A DNA stretch of 64,000 nt from Candidatus Anderseniibacteriota bacterium (GTDB lineage Bacteria; Patescibacteriota; JAUYIX01), in assembly GCA_046350855.1 (NCBI GenBank), contig JAXLZM010000001.1:89420-153419 (forward strand), read 5' to 3'. The translations under genes and the position numbers were made by a program. Shown piece after piece: positions 50,316-59,618 of this stretch (positions are counted from its first letter, which is position 1; every line of letters starts with the position of its first letter). The notes beneath the pieces were generated by a model that was not told the DNA's origin, did no database searches, and saw nothing but the letters and a program-made list of their open reading frames with translations.

Positions 50316-50344
50316 GGTTGGACTTTTATAAATCCTCACTCCCC
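50316..50344 (-). promoter_or_regulatory. sigma70-like promoter for the ncRNA
   Basis: On the minus strand: TTGACA, 17-nt spacer, TATAAA, starting 6 nt after the S2P stop codon. Confidence 0.5.
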
Positions 50345-50349
50345 TGATG

Positions 50350-51006
50350 TCAAGACTGGGCCGGCACACCCAAAATCCAGCCAAAAGTCAGATTGATCAG
50401 CCAACCAAAAAGAGTGCCCAGCACCGAGACCGGTAGGAGTCGATCCACAATAATGAGGCCAAACAACAAAAACGGTCCAAAGCGCTCGAGCCAGTGGGCC
50501 AGGTTGTGCGCACTGCGCGGCAAAAGAGCGAGCAACACTTTTGAACCGTCCAATGGTGGGATGGGGATGAGGTTAAACACGAGCAGCACGATGTTCATCA
50601 AGACGAGCGAGGAGAGAAAAACAAAGATACCGCTGTCCTCGCTAAAAATATCGGCGTTAATCAAGATACGCAGAATCAAGCCAAACAAAATGACCAAGAG
50701 TAGATTGGCGGCGGGACCGGCTAGTCCAACTAAGACCGAGCCGAGACGTGGGTTCTTGAGGTAGCGACTATTAAACTGCACCGGCTTACCCCAGCCAAAA
50801 CCGGCGATGATTAAAAAGAGGGTCCCGAGCGGGTCGAGGTGACGCAAGGGGTTGAGACTGAGGCGACCTTGCTGGCCAGGAGTTGGATCTCCCTGCCAGG
50901 TGGCGGCCAAGGCATGGGAGAACTCGTGCACGGTAATTCCGATCACGAGCGCGATGATTCCGGCAAAAAAGACCAGCGGATTAGTGGCGAGTGAGTCGAT
51001 AGGCAT
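50350..51006 (-). CDS. site-2 protease family (M50) zinc metalloprotease
   Basis: 218 aa with HEFSH (HExxH) in a TM segment, the LDG motif, and several TM helices. Confidence 0.75.
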   Translation of the reverse strand: MPIDSLATNPLVFFAGIIALVIGITVHEFSHALAATWQGDPTPGQQGRLSLNPLRHLDPLGTLFLIIAGFGWGKPVQFNSRYLKNPRLGSVLVGLAGPAANLLLVILFGLILRILINADIFSEDSGIFVFLSSLVLMNIVLLVFNLIPIPPLDGSKVLLALLPRSAHNLAHWLERFGPFLLFGLIIVDRLLPVSVLGTLFGWLINLTFGWILGVPAQS

Positions 51007-51024
51007 AGGTTCAGCCTACGGGAG

Positions 51025-51053
51025 TTGACGCCGAGCCACAAGCTCGGTAGTGT
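51025..51053 (+). promoter_or_regulatory. candidate promoter for rpmB
   Basis: TTGACG, 17-nt spacer, TAGTGT, about 10 nt before the rpmB ATG. Confidence 0.4.
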
Positions 51054-51063
51054 GGCGTGACCT

Positions 51064-51255
51064 ATGGCACAACGCTGTGACATCTGCGGCAGAGGTGCTG
51101 GCAAAGGCAACCGCCGCAGCCACTCCAATATCGCGACGATCGTTAGACGCAAGATCAACTTGCAGCACCGCACTATTGGCGGCAAACGTCACAAAGTTTG
51201 TGTGAACTGCCTCAAGAGCGCCAAGATCGTGGCGCTAGCGGGTGCGCGAGCCTAA
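51064..51255 (+). CDS. rpmB: 50S ribosomal protein L28 (bL28)
   Basis: 63 aa: CDICGRGAGKGNRRSHSNIATIVRRKINLQ matches the L28 consensus (C-v-G-r...GN-rSHa-N-T-rr-NLq). Confidence 0.8.
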   Translation: MAQRCDICGRGAGKGNRRSHSNIATIVRRKINLQHRTIGGKRHKVCVNCLKSAKIVALAGARA

Positions 51256-51513
51256 TCGCGGTTCGGCCAGCAACCGATAACGAGATACAACAAACCGCCC
51301 TCACAGTGGGCGGTCTATTGGGCCTTGGATGAGACTCCCTGCATGTCTCAAAGGAAAGAGTGGGTACGCCACCAGGGCGTTTTGTAGTCCACTCGCTTGC
51401 AGACCTATGGTAGCCGGCAGGCGAAACTGGACTCCCCAAGGAGAGACGATGTTAATGCGTGAGGAAAAGTCTAATGAGCCGCGCTCAGCATACGGTCGTT
51501 AGTGTGGTGGCCG

Positions 51514-51545
51514 GGTGAACGCCAGGTGATGGCTTCACGTTTTTG
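51514..51545 (+). terminator. rho-independent terminator (plus strand)
   Basis: GUGAACGCCAGGUGAUGGCUUCAC, a 9-bp stem with one bulge, followed by GUUUUUG. It lies about 260 nt downstream of the rpmB stop. Confidence 0.5.
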
Positions 51546-51559
51546 TCGCGTTTGTGGGT

Positions 51560-52189
51560 CTATTTGACCAGGCCGAACATCGCAGCCCAATCGGCGCGCT
51601 CGTACTCGTGAATATCCTCAGGACCAAACCAGAGGCTGATCTCGTTGGCGGCTTCTTCTTTGTTACCTGAGGCATGAACCACGTTACGAATGCCGCGCTT
51701 CATGGCGTTGGCGAGGGCCGGGCTGTCTTTGGCAAAGTCACCGCGGATCGTGCCGGGTAGCGCAAAAACTGGGAGTGTGTTGCCGATCATCTTGCGGACG
51801 ATATCGATGGCGTTATGTCCCTCCCAAATCATCGAGACGATCGGACCCGAGGTCAGGTAGTCGAGGTTCCAATTAGCGACCATTTTGCCGATCTCGAGGG
51901 GGTCGTTAGTGCCGAGCTCTTTTTTAGCGTCGCGGCCATATTTCTCGTAGCTGCTAAGCGTCTTGCCACCGATACCCTTCATCCATTCTTCGCTCGTAGG
52001 CTGATGACGACCCGCAAAATCACGATCGATCTGGACCATGCGCAGAGCGACGAGTTTAAGTCCGGCTTTTTCAAAGCGGCTGATCACCTCGCCAATCAAA
52101 CCACGCATCACACCGTCGGGCTTAACGAGCACGACCGTGCGTTCTTGTAGTTCTGGGTGAGTTGCAGCTGTTTTGGCTTTGTTTTTCAT
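51560..52189 (-). CDS. ndk: nucleoside diphosphate kinase (long form with insertion)
   Basis: Contains VVLVKPDGVMRGLIGEVISRFEKAGLKLVA and NVVHASGNKEEAANEISLWF, which includes the active-site His. Confidence 0.8.
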   Translation of the reverse strand: MKNKAKTAATHPELQERTVVLVKPDGVMRGLIGEVISRFEKAGLKLVALRMVQIDRDFAGRHQPTSEEWMKGIGGKTLSSYEKYGRDAKKELGTNDPLEIGKMVANWNLDYLTSGPIVSMIWEGHNAIDIVRKMIGNTLPVFALPGTIRGDFAKDSPALANAMKRGIRNVVHASGNKEEAANEISLWFGPEDIHEYERADWAAMFGLVK

Positions 52190-52237
52190 GTTGGTGGCAT
52201 TCTAAGGCAGATGATCCAACAGAGCAACTAAAAGCCA

Positions 52238-53053
52238 TCAGAGCGGAACCGTGATACTCCCCTGCTGATCAGTGCGCTCGATGTTATAGCCGTGCTTGAT
52301 GAGTCGATCCAGGGCTTCTTTGGTTGGATGACCATACCTATTAGTAGCACCGACCGAGATGAGCGCGCGCGTGCCACCAACCGCTGCGAGAAAGTTGTCG
52401 CTAGAACTCGTTTTACTGCCGTGGTGACCGACCTTGAGAATCTCTGCAGCGATTTGAGCGTGTTTCTTGAGCAAAGCGTCTTCTACTTTAAAATCGGCAT
52501 CGCCCGTAAACAGCGCCGAGGTTTTTGCGGTCACGAGTCGCATGACGATACTCCCGGCGTTAGAAGCCTCCTTGGTATCGGGCGGCCAAACAACGTCCAT
52601 GCTAAAACCCTCGCCGCTTACCTTTGATCCGGTGGTAAACGTTTGTGGCTCGAGGCCTTCTTTTTTAATGGACTCAAGTAGCGATCGGCCAGTTTCGGTC
52701 GTCGGTGTTCCGCCATTGGTGGCAAAAGCATCAACATCATATTGCTCCAGTACTCCCTTGAACCCACCGATGTGGTCTGCATCAAAGTGGGTTGCAACGG
52801 CAAGCTCAATCGTGCGATCCGAGAAGGGCAGCTCGCGGGAGAGTTGTTCAACCACTCTATTGCCAGAACCCGCGTCGATTAAAATGTCCTGACCATCGGG
52901 CGTGCGGAGATAGATCGCATCGCCCTGCCCGATATCGAGCATGACCAGGCGCGGCTGCGCCCGGCTCCACTCCTCGTGGGCGATTAGCAGAACGCTCGCG
53001 CAGATAACGAGTACGATTCCCAAACGACGCAGATTGGTGAGCTTGCGGGCCAT
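52238..53053 (-). CDS. ComEC-type metallo-beta-lactamase domain protein (stand-alone)
   Basis: Contains LDIGQGDAIYL, ILIDAG, THFDADHIGG and VGHHGSKTSSS, and has a signal anchor. The likely start is MARKL, with GGGAGG upstream. Confidence 0.7.
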   Translation of the reverse strand: MARKLTNLRRLGIVLVICASVLLIAHEEWSRAQPRLVMLDIGQGDAIYLRTPDGQDILIDAGSGNRVVEQLSRELPFSDRTIELAVATHFDADHIGGFKGVLEQYDVDAFATNGGTPTTETGRSLLESIKKEGLEPQTFTTGSKVSGEGFSMDVVWPPDTKEASNAGSIVMRLVTAKTSALFTGDADFKVEDALLKKHAQIAAEILKVGHHGSKTSSSDNFLAAVGGTRALISVGATNRYGHPTKEALDRLIKHGYNIERTDQQGSITVPL

Positions 53054-53163
53054 CTGCAGAGTGTACCTCCCATAGATAAAAAATAGATAAAATGCTGCAT
53101 TTGTGGCAGTCTTTTGGATCGGTTCTGGAACGCACTCTGACAACTCGAAAAGGAGCAACTAGT

Positions 53164-54075
53164 ATGTCTGAACGGAACTTTCGGCAACTGCTGACCGAGC
53201 GTCAGCGTGAGACCAACTCGGTCCTGTGTGTCGGGTTTGACCCGACTCCAGACAAGCTACCCGCCATCGTCCGGCGCTGCACTCCCTCGCTCCAGGCGGC
53301 CATGCTGCTCTGGATGAAGGAGATCTTTGACGCCACGGCGCCGTTCATGTCGCTGGCCAAACCGAACCACGCTTTTTGGGAGCGGTTCGATGGCACGCGC
53401 GAGCTGACCCATCTGATCGCCCACATGCACTACAAAAAGCCGGGGATCCCGGTCTTTTTGGACTGCAAGCGCGGCGACATCGGCAACACGCAGGAGCAAT
53501 ACCGTATCGGGCACTTTGATCTCGAAGGTGTCGACGGGATGAACTACAACGGCTACATGGGCGACGACACGCTCAAAGCGCTGATCGACAAGAACCATCC
53601 GGGTCGCAGCCTGGTCGGGCTCGGACGGACCAGCAATCCTTCGGCCTGGAAGATCCAGGATCTCATGCTCGACAACGGCCAGCAGGTCTGGGAGCGTATG
53701 GTTTTCGAGATTCTGCTCTGGTCGGAGGAGCTGGGCGTCCTCGACAACGCGGGTGTGGTCATGGGCGCGGCACACGCAAACCCAGCTAAGGACAAGAATC
53801 CGCCGATCTATGCCCGGCATCTGGTACGGGCACGCGAGATCGCGCGGAAGCGCCTCTGGTTCCTAATCCCCGGGATTGGAACCCAAGGTGGATTCGTGGA
53901 GGAAACAATAATCAGCGCCTTCGCTGGAGCTGGCACCATCGCCATCAACTCATCATCAGGAATTATCTTTGCCTCGCAGGGCGACGACTTCGCAGAAGCC
54001 GCCGCTCGGGAGGCCGAGAAGCTCATGCTCCAGATGCGCAACGCTGGAGCGGACTGCCTTAAGGAGACTGCATAA
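53164..54075 (+). CDS. pyrF: orotidine 5'-phosphate decarboxylase family, type 2
   Basis: Contains LCVGFDP and FLDCKRGDIGNT (the DxKxxDIxxT motif). The likely start is MSERNF, with AAGGAG upstream. Confidence 0.65.
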   Translation: MSERNFRQLLTERQRETNSVLCVGFDPTPDKLPAIVRRCTPSLQAAMLLWMKEIFDATAPFMSLAKPNHAFWERFDGTRELTHLIAHMHYKKPGIPVFLDCKRGDIGNTQEQYRIGHFDLEGVDGMNYNGYMGDDTLKALIDKNHPGRSLVGLGRTSNPSAWKIQDLMLDNGQQVWERMVFEILLWSEELGVLDNAGVVMGAAHANPAKDKNPPIYARHLVRAREIARKRLWFLIPGIGTQGGFVEETIISAFAGAGTIAINSSSGIIFASQGDDFAEAAAREAEKLMLQMRNAGADCLKETA

Positions 54076-54138
54076 AATCAGGAGGTACGAACGATGCCTG
54101 TCCAGTTAATCTGGGCAGGTTTTTCTTTTGCGCTAGAT

Positions 54139-55005
54139 TTAGAGTTCACCAGACTTTTGCAGGGAGAACTTTAAATCACAAGCGGGAAAAGCTTTCTCCG
54201 CGGCGAGCTCCGGCTCACAAGCCTCCTCACAACTCCAATCGAACCAGACATACGGACCATTGCTGGTAAACGAGTACGACTCAGCCTTAAAGGCCTCGCA
54301 AAAGTGGCCCTCGGGTGTTGGATTAACGATCGAGAGCACTCCACTAAACCCGTCGCGCTTAAATTGTTCTTCGATTTGCGCTTTAGCGATGGCACGCACT
54401 CCTTTATGTTTGACGGCCAGATCCAAGAATTTTTCAAGCGTGTAGGATTTTTCTTTGGCGGGCTTGGTGGGAGCCAGCGCTTCTTTGACTTCCTGCGCGC
54501 CCGATTTTTGTTTTTGTGCCACACGCGCAAAACCAAGCAGAACGTCTTGGTGCTTACCCAGTTTGGTGGATTCTTTTTCTAGATGTTGGCGTGGACTAAA
54601 GTTGAGTAAGCGCTCTGCGACTCCGGCAGTTTTAAGATACGAGCGCGATTTATCTTGGGTCATGGGTTGAGGTTCTTCAGCGCGCTGACCGTCGGTCACG
54701 GCCCACATGGCAATTTTGTCGCGGCTGACCGGCTCAACGATCCAGCCGGTTCCGCCAGACTCACCGGCGATGGCGGAGGCCAACTCCACATCGAGGGGCT
54801 CATCACCGTGAGCAGCTACGACCGACCAATCGCCCTCTTGCGAGACCACAAAAACAGCGCCAGCGGGATGTTTTTCTTTGCCAAGTTCCGCCGCCTCTGC
54901 CGTCGCCGACACCGGGGTGAACTCCTCACCTTTGAGCACAGCACGTACGGCTGGAGCGACCTTACGCGGCTCTTGTTCGAGATACAGTAAAACGACCTTT
55001 TTCAT
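54139..55005 (-). CDS. hypothetical protein
   Basis: 288 aa and acidic, with no recognised motifs. It lies between the two ComEC pieces. Confidence 0.5.
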   Translation of the reverse strand: MKKVVLLYLEQEPRKVAPAVRAVLKGEEFTPVSATAEAAELGKEKHPAGAVFVVSQEGDWSVVAAHGDEPLDVELASAIAGESGGTGWIVEPVSRDKIAMWAVTDGQRAEEPQPMTQDKSRSYLKTAGVAERLLNFSPRQHLEKESTKLGKHQDVLLGFARVAQKQKSGAQEVKEALAPTKPAKEKSYTLEKFLDLAVKHKGVRAIAKAQIEEQFKRDGFSGVLSIVNPTPEGHFCEAFKAESYSFTSNGPYVWFDWSCEEACEPELAAEKAFPACDLKFSLQKSGEL

Positions 55006-55023
55006 GTGTTGGTTTGTATGCGG

Positions 55024-56175
55024 TCATAGTAGCAAAGGTCGCTGGGCGCGGCGTTTGTGGATGCGCTTGAGGGCTAGCTGCGCCACGCTGATACTGGCAA
55101 CCGCGCCTAGCGTGATCGTCCAGGCCACGAGCGGACGGATTTGGAGGCTTGCTCGCGGGAGGTGTGCGCCTCCGTGTGCGATCGATGCGAGCACCTGTAT
55201 GAGGTAGGCCGTCGGTATGCCTGCGAGGTGGCCCACGAGAGTTGAGCCGCCCACTAATCCGGCAGAACCGGTTGCCATAATCAGAGGGATCAGTGGTGCC
55301 GCCAGGATGTTGGCAAAAATTCCGTAGACCGGGACGACGCCAAAGACGGAGACCACGATCGGCAGGGTCGCGAGACTGGCGGCAATACTGGTGGTCGCGG
55401 CGTCGCGCATCCCGATTGGGTTGGGCAGCTTGTGTACGAGTCGCTGGAGCAACGGGCCAAGCGACAACAACCCAAAAGTAGCCGCGACCGACAGTTGAAA
55501 ACCAACATCAAAGCGCAGCACGTACGGGTTCCAAAAAATCAGCGCCGTTGCCGCAACGAGTAAGGCTCGTCGCGCATCCCCACCCCTGCCGCTGGTATTG
55601 ACGAGCGCCGCGATACCGCCCATCAGTCCGGCCCGCACGACGGGTGGTCCAGCGCCGCACAAGACGACATAGGCGACGACCAGTGCAATGATCACACTGG
55701 TACGCGTTCTTTTGCCGACCAGCCCTTGCGTCAGTCGGCCCACCACCAACGCCACGATCGTTACGTTAAAGCCGCTCACCGCGAGCAGGTGCGACAGCCC
55801 ACTCGCCCGCATGTCGTCCACAAACGTTTGCGGAATCTCATCGCGATACCCAAACAAAACCCCCGCCGTCAACCCTGCCGCCGGATAGGGCACCGCTGCA
55901 TTGATCCTCGCCACTGCAGTTTTTTGTACCGCCGTCACCATCGGCTGAACTCCTACTCCATTTGCTCCGGCTATCCCCGCAAACGGCAACAAAACCCGTA
56001 AGCCACCCAGCAGGATACCGAGTGCTGCATACCGTGTGGCTCGGGATGGTGCAACAAATCCGATCAAAATTAGCAGCAACGCTGCGATAGCTGGCCAACG
56101 GTTCACCCCGGTGGCGGCCCAGATACCGGCACAAAATCCGAGCAGTGCAAAGGTTGGCACAGACTTGCTAGCCAT
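55024..56175 (-). CDS. ComEC/Rec2 competence membrane channel domain protein
   Basis: 383 aa with about 10 TM helices and the motif MRASGLSHLLAVSGFNV. It lacks the MBL domain. Confidence 0.75.
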   Translation of the reverse strand: MASKSVPTFALLGFCAGIWAATGVNRWPAIAALLLILIGFVAPSRATRYAALGILLGGLRVLLPFAGIAGANGVGVQPMVTAVQKTAVARINAAVPYPAAGLTAGVLFGYRDEIPQTFVDDMRASGLSHLLAVSGFNVTIVALVVGRLTQGLVGKRTRTSVIIALVVAYVVLCGAGPPVVRAGLMGGIAALVNTSGRGGDARRALLVAATALIFWNPYVLRFDVGFQLSVAATFGLLSLGPLLQRLVHKLPNPIGMRDAATTSIAASLATLPIVVSVFGVVPVYGIFANILAAPLIPLIMATGSAGLVGGSTLVGHLAGIPTAYLIQVLASIAHGGAHLPRASLQIRPLVAWTITLGAVASISVAQLALKRIHKRRAQRPLLL

Positions 56176-56311
56176 GTGTGCTCACGTAGCACGGTGACCT
56201 TAACAAAAGATAAAAAGAAAAGAGCGCCCGGGAGCGGACACTCTTTTCGACACTTCCTACTTTTGTTTTACGGGTGGCTGATCTAGTGGCCGAACCGCCC
56301 GTTCACCCCAT

Positions 56312-57496
56312 TTATTTCTTCATCTTTTTACGGATAAAGGCTGGGATGTCGAGTTCATTTTCGTTGCCGAGCTTGGCGTCGTCCGAGCTACTAGGTGCAG
56401 TAGAGCTAACGCGAGCCATCTCATGCGTCTTAAACGGCATACCAAAGATCGGCGCAGAAGGACGGGCCGGTGCAGCCGGTCGAGCCTCGCTGCGTCTGGC
56501 GCTAGCCGGAACCATAAAGCCACGGCTGATCGAGACCGGTCGGTTACCGCCCTCAAAGCCGGTGGCGATGACGGTGACCTTCATCTCGTCACCCATGTCT
56601 GGATCGATCACGGCACCAAAGATCACTTTGGCGTTGGGGTCGACCGACTCGGTGATGATCTTGGCGGCTTCGTCGATTTCAACCATACCGAGATCCTCGC
56701 CGGCGGTTACGTTAAACAAGATGCCTTTAGCTCCGTTGATGGAGAGTTCCAGCAAGGGCGAGTCGACCGCTTGTTTGGCGGCTTGTGAGGCGCGCTCTTC
56801 GCCGGTGGCACGACCCATGCCCATGAGGGCGCTACCCGCATCCCGCATAATGGCGCGCACATCGGCAAAGTCGACGTTAACGAGTCCCGGGACGGTAATC
56901 AGATCCGAGATCGACTGCACACCCTGGAACAAGACCTCATCCACGATCGAGAAGGCTTCGAGCAGCGTGGTTTTTTTGTCGATCACCTGAAAAATCCGAT
57001 CGTTAGGGATTACGATCATGGTGTCGACTTTTTCTTGGAGCTCCTCTAAGCCGGACTGCGCGATTGCTTTGCGCTGCGCACCCTCAAAATCAAATGGCTT
57101 GGTAACCACGGCGACCGTGAGAGCCCCCGCATCACGAGCCGCTTGCGCGATGACCGGGGCTGCTCCCGTGCCCGTGCCACCACCAAGTCCGCAGCTCACA
57201 AAAACCATATCGGCACCCTTAACCACCTCGTGGATTTCTTCGAGCGATTCCTCCGCAGCAGCCTTACCTACAGATGGGTCCATACCGGCACCCAATCCGC
57301 GAGTCAGCGTTTTGCCAATGTGAATCTTGGTACCTGCATCGTTATGGTGCAGGGCTTGGGCATCCGTATTCACGGCGATAAATTCAACACCTTTAATACG
57401 GTTCTGGATCATGCGCTGGAGCGCAGCGTTACCAGAGCCGCCCACGCCAACCACCTTAATCTTGGCGAACGTCTCGATCTCGGGCTTAATTTCCAT
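56312..57496 (-). CDS. ftsZ: cell division GTPase FtsZ
   Basis: Contains VVGVGGSGNAA, the tubulin signature GGGTGTGAAP and NVDFADV. Confidence 0.95.
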   Translation of the reverse strand: MEIKPEIETFAKIKVVGVGGSGNAALQRMIQNRIKGVEFIAVNTDAQALHHNDAGTKIHIGKTLTRGLGAGMDPSVGKAAAEESLEEIHEVVKGADMVFVSCGLGGGTGTGAAPVIAQAARDAGALTVAVVTKPFDFEGAQRKAIAQSGLEELQEKVDTMIVIPNDRIFQVIDKKTTLLEAFSIVDEVLFQGVQSISDLITVPGLVNVDFADVRAIMRDAGSALMGMGRATGEERASQAAKQAVDSPLLELSINGAKGILFNVTAGEDLGMVEIDEAAKIITESVDPNAKVIFGAVIDPDMGDEMKVTVIATGFEGGNRPVSISRGFMVPASARRSEARPAAPARPSAPIFGMPFKTHEMARVSSTAPSSSDDAKLGNENELDIPAFIRKKMKK

Positions 57497-57718
57497 GGAC
57501 TAAAATCCTTGTGTTACTAAGTAAAAACAGGAAGTACTGCGATAGTAAAACAAATAGTGTTCAAGACAAGACGTTTACTGAAACAAAATAATGTTCAGGC
57601 AAGTAGCTCTATAATGCCCTCTTAGCTCCTATAGAAGGGCCTGAAATCTAAGAGTGTTCAGTTTATCCACTGAACCGGTTTGAGGTTCGATGCGCAAAAA
57701 GGTTTTATGGCCCAGTAC

Positions 57719-57759
57719 GAAAAAAAGAAAAAGCGGACCGACCTTGGTTGGTCGATCCG
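57719..57759 (-). terminator. rho-independent terminator between inserted gene and ftsZ
   Basis: On the minus strand: GCGGAUCGACC-AACCAA-GGUCGGUCCGC (11 bp) followed by UUUUUCUUUUUUUCG. Confidence 0.65.
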
Positions 57760-57781
57760 CTGTGCTAAAGACCAGGGTTAC

Positions 57782-59487
57782 CTAGTCCTTTGCGGTTAAC
57801 GCGTCTCGCAGCACCCCCGGGCTAAGCGGGCCATGTGGTCTAAAGAGATACGACCACGTGACCGCGCCATCCGGATGCTCTACCAGCTGCAACCGTCGTA
57901 CGGTCCGCTCGGTAGGTGTGTAGGTCGGTTGCTCGACCCATACCATGACCTTTCCCTCACTGGCCTGGTACGAGTCATCAGGCGATAACACGTACGTCGT
58001 ACCGTTGGCATGGTGTACCGACCGAAACGGATAGTCACTCTTTGAGCGCAAAAGACGTGAGCGCGGAAGCAGTTCCTCCACAAAGTCCAAGTCTCGTACC
58101 AGACCATTGTGTCGATCCCGTTCCAGCATCTCCGCCAAGCGTTTACGGTTAGCGACACGTCGCGATTCCAGCAACAGCCTCGCTCGCTCTCGCCACTCGT
58201 CCAGCACTGCCGGGTTCAGCGAAATCGTAACGCTGCGATGGTGCTCGGACAGCGTGCACGATTCGATCCGTAGCTCTGATGGCAGCGTAGCCTTGAGCAG
58301 CTTGTGGTCGAGCCCTTCTGCGTCAAAGAGCAGGTTGAACTGTGCCGTCGCCGCAAAAAAGTACAAACGGGACAGCGTGTTCCCCTCCGGAACAATATTG
58401 ATCACTCCCACAGAGTCCATCTTGATCGGTTGCCGAATACGCTGGGCAAGCGCGGCCCGTCGTTCTTCTTCTTCCTTGGCCTCCTGGGCGGCTTTTTGGG
58501 CCTCCCGCTGGGCAACCTCCTCCTTCCAGAGTTGCGTGGCCTGCGCGGTCCACGCATCCCAGGTTACCTGATCAAATTGCACATCTGCCCACTGTTTTTG
58601 CGGCAGAAATCGATCGATCCGCTTGAGTCGCAGCATCGCCGGTACTGCTTGGAGGACAAACTTGCCATCAAACGAAAACCAGTTGACCGCATGCACCGTA
58701 AAGCCCTTATAGGTTAGGACGATTTGTGCATACTGTACCTCGATCTGGTCGAATCGTTCGGTAGGCACCCCCTTGAGCAGTTGCTTAGCTACTTTAGCCC
58801 AAGCTAGTTCGCAGTCCTTTTGAGCACTCGCAAGTTGTGTGCGTACCTCCTCGAGCTCGTTGAGCGTAATCTCGGACTTGAGCCCAAGGTACCCCTTGTA
58901 CTGGTCGAACAACTCCAACTCCGCCTTGGTCAGAATGTCACTCGCCGCAAAGACGCAGTGATGCTTGTAGTAGGTCACCAGCGCCTCGGCATGCTCCTGC
59001 GAAGGAGGATAGCCCAGGGCTAAGACATGTCGTCGTGTCGTTTGGAGCGAGATCGGGAGCTCCGTCTGCGCCTCGAGCCAGGCTTTGATCGAGGCAATCG
59101 TTTTGCGTGGTTCTCCCTGCGGGCCAAGGGCCCGGTTGAGATACCAGAGCAACCCCCGCTTGTAGCCCGCTATCTCCCTGCGCACCGCTCGGATTTGACC
59201 GGTGCAGTTAAAGATGATGAGTTTTTCAGCACAATCGTGACCGATGATCGCACGCAGTTCCGGATCGTCCTTGCGGATGATGACTGCGTGCATCTTGATT
59301 GCCTGATGACAAAGCTGGCAGTTACCAGAGTGCGAGCTCCGGCTGAACTCCACCACCTCCCACAAGCCACGCAGTGCTTTGAGGCTCCGACTCCCCTTTT
59401 TGCCCGAGAGCAGCCGCAAGTTCTCCTCAAACGAAATCGAACGGGATCCAAGCTTTTGCTGCTTGGTAATAAAGTCTTTTTTAGTCA
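57782..59487 (-). CDS. hypothetical protein inserted between ftsA and ftsZ
   Basis: About 568 aa with no family match. The N-terminus has C/H pairs (CQLCHQ...GHDC), the middle is a Glu/Ala/Lys coiled coil, and the C-terminus is beta-rich. The likely start is a TTG with AAGGAGG 6 nt upstream. It has its own terminator. Confidence 0.6.
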
Positions 59488-59618
59488 ACGCATGCCTCCT
59501 TAAGAGCATCTGTGGCGGTGCAGTTGCACCGCTGATTCAAGTTTAAAAAGTGCGTGCCCGCACCAACCGGCACGGACAGGGGTTGTACCGTTTTTTTAGG
59601 CCGGTGTCAAAGCTCGGT

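Noticed and set aside
57670-57700. GGTTCGATGCGC T-arm-like motif in the ftsZ upstream region as a possible tRNA
   Set aside because: No acceptor, D or anticodon arms can be formed around it.
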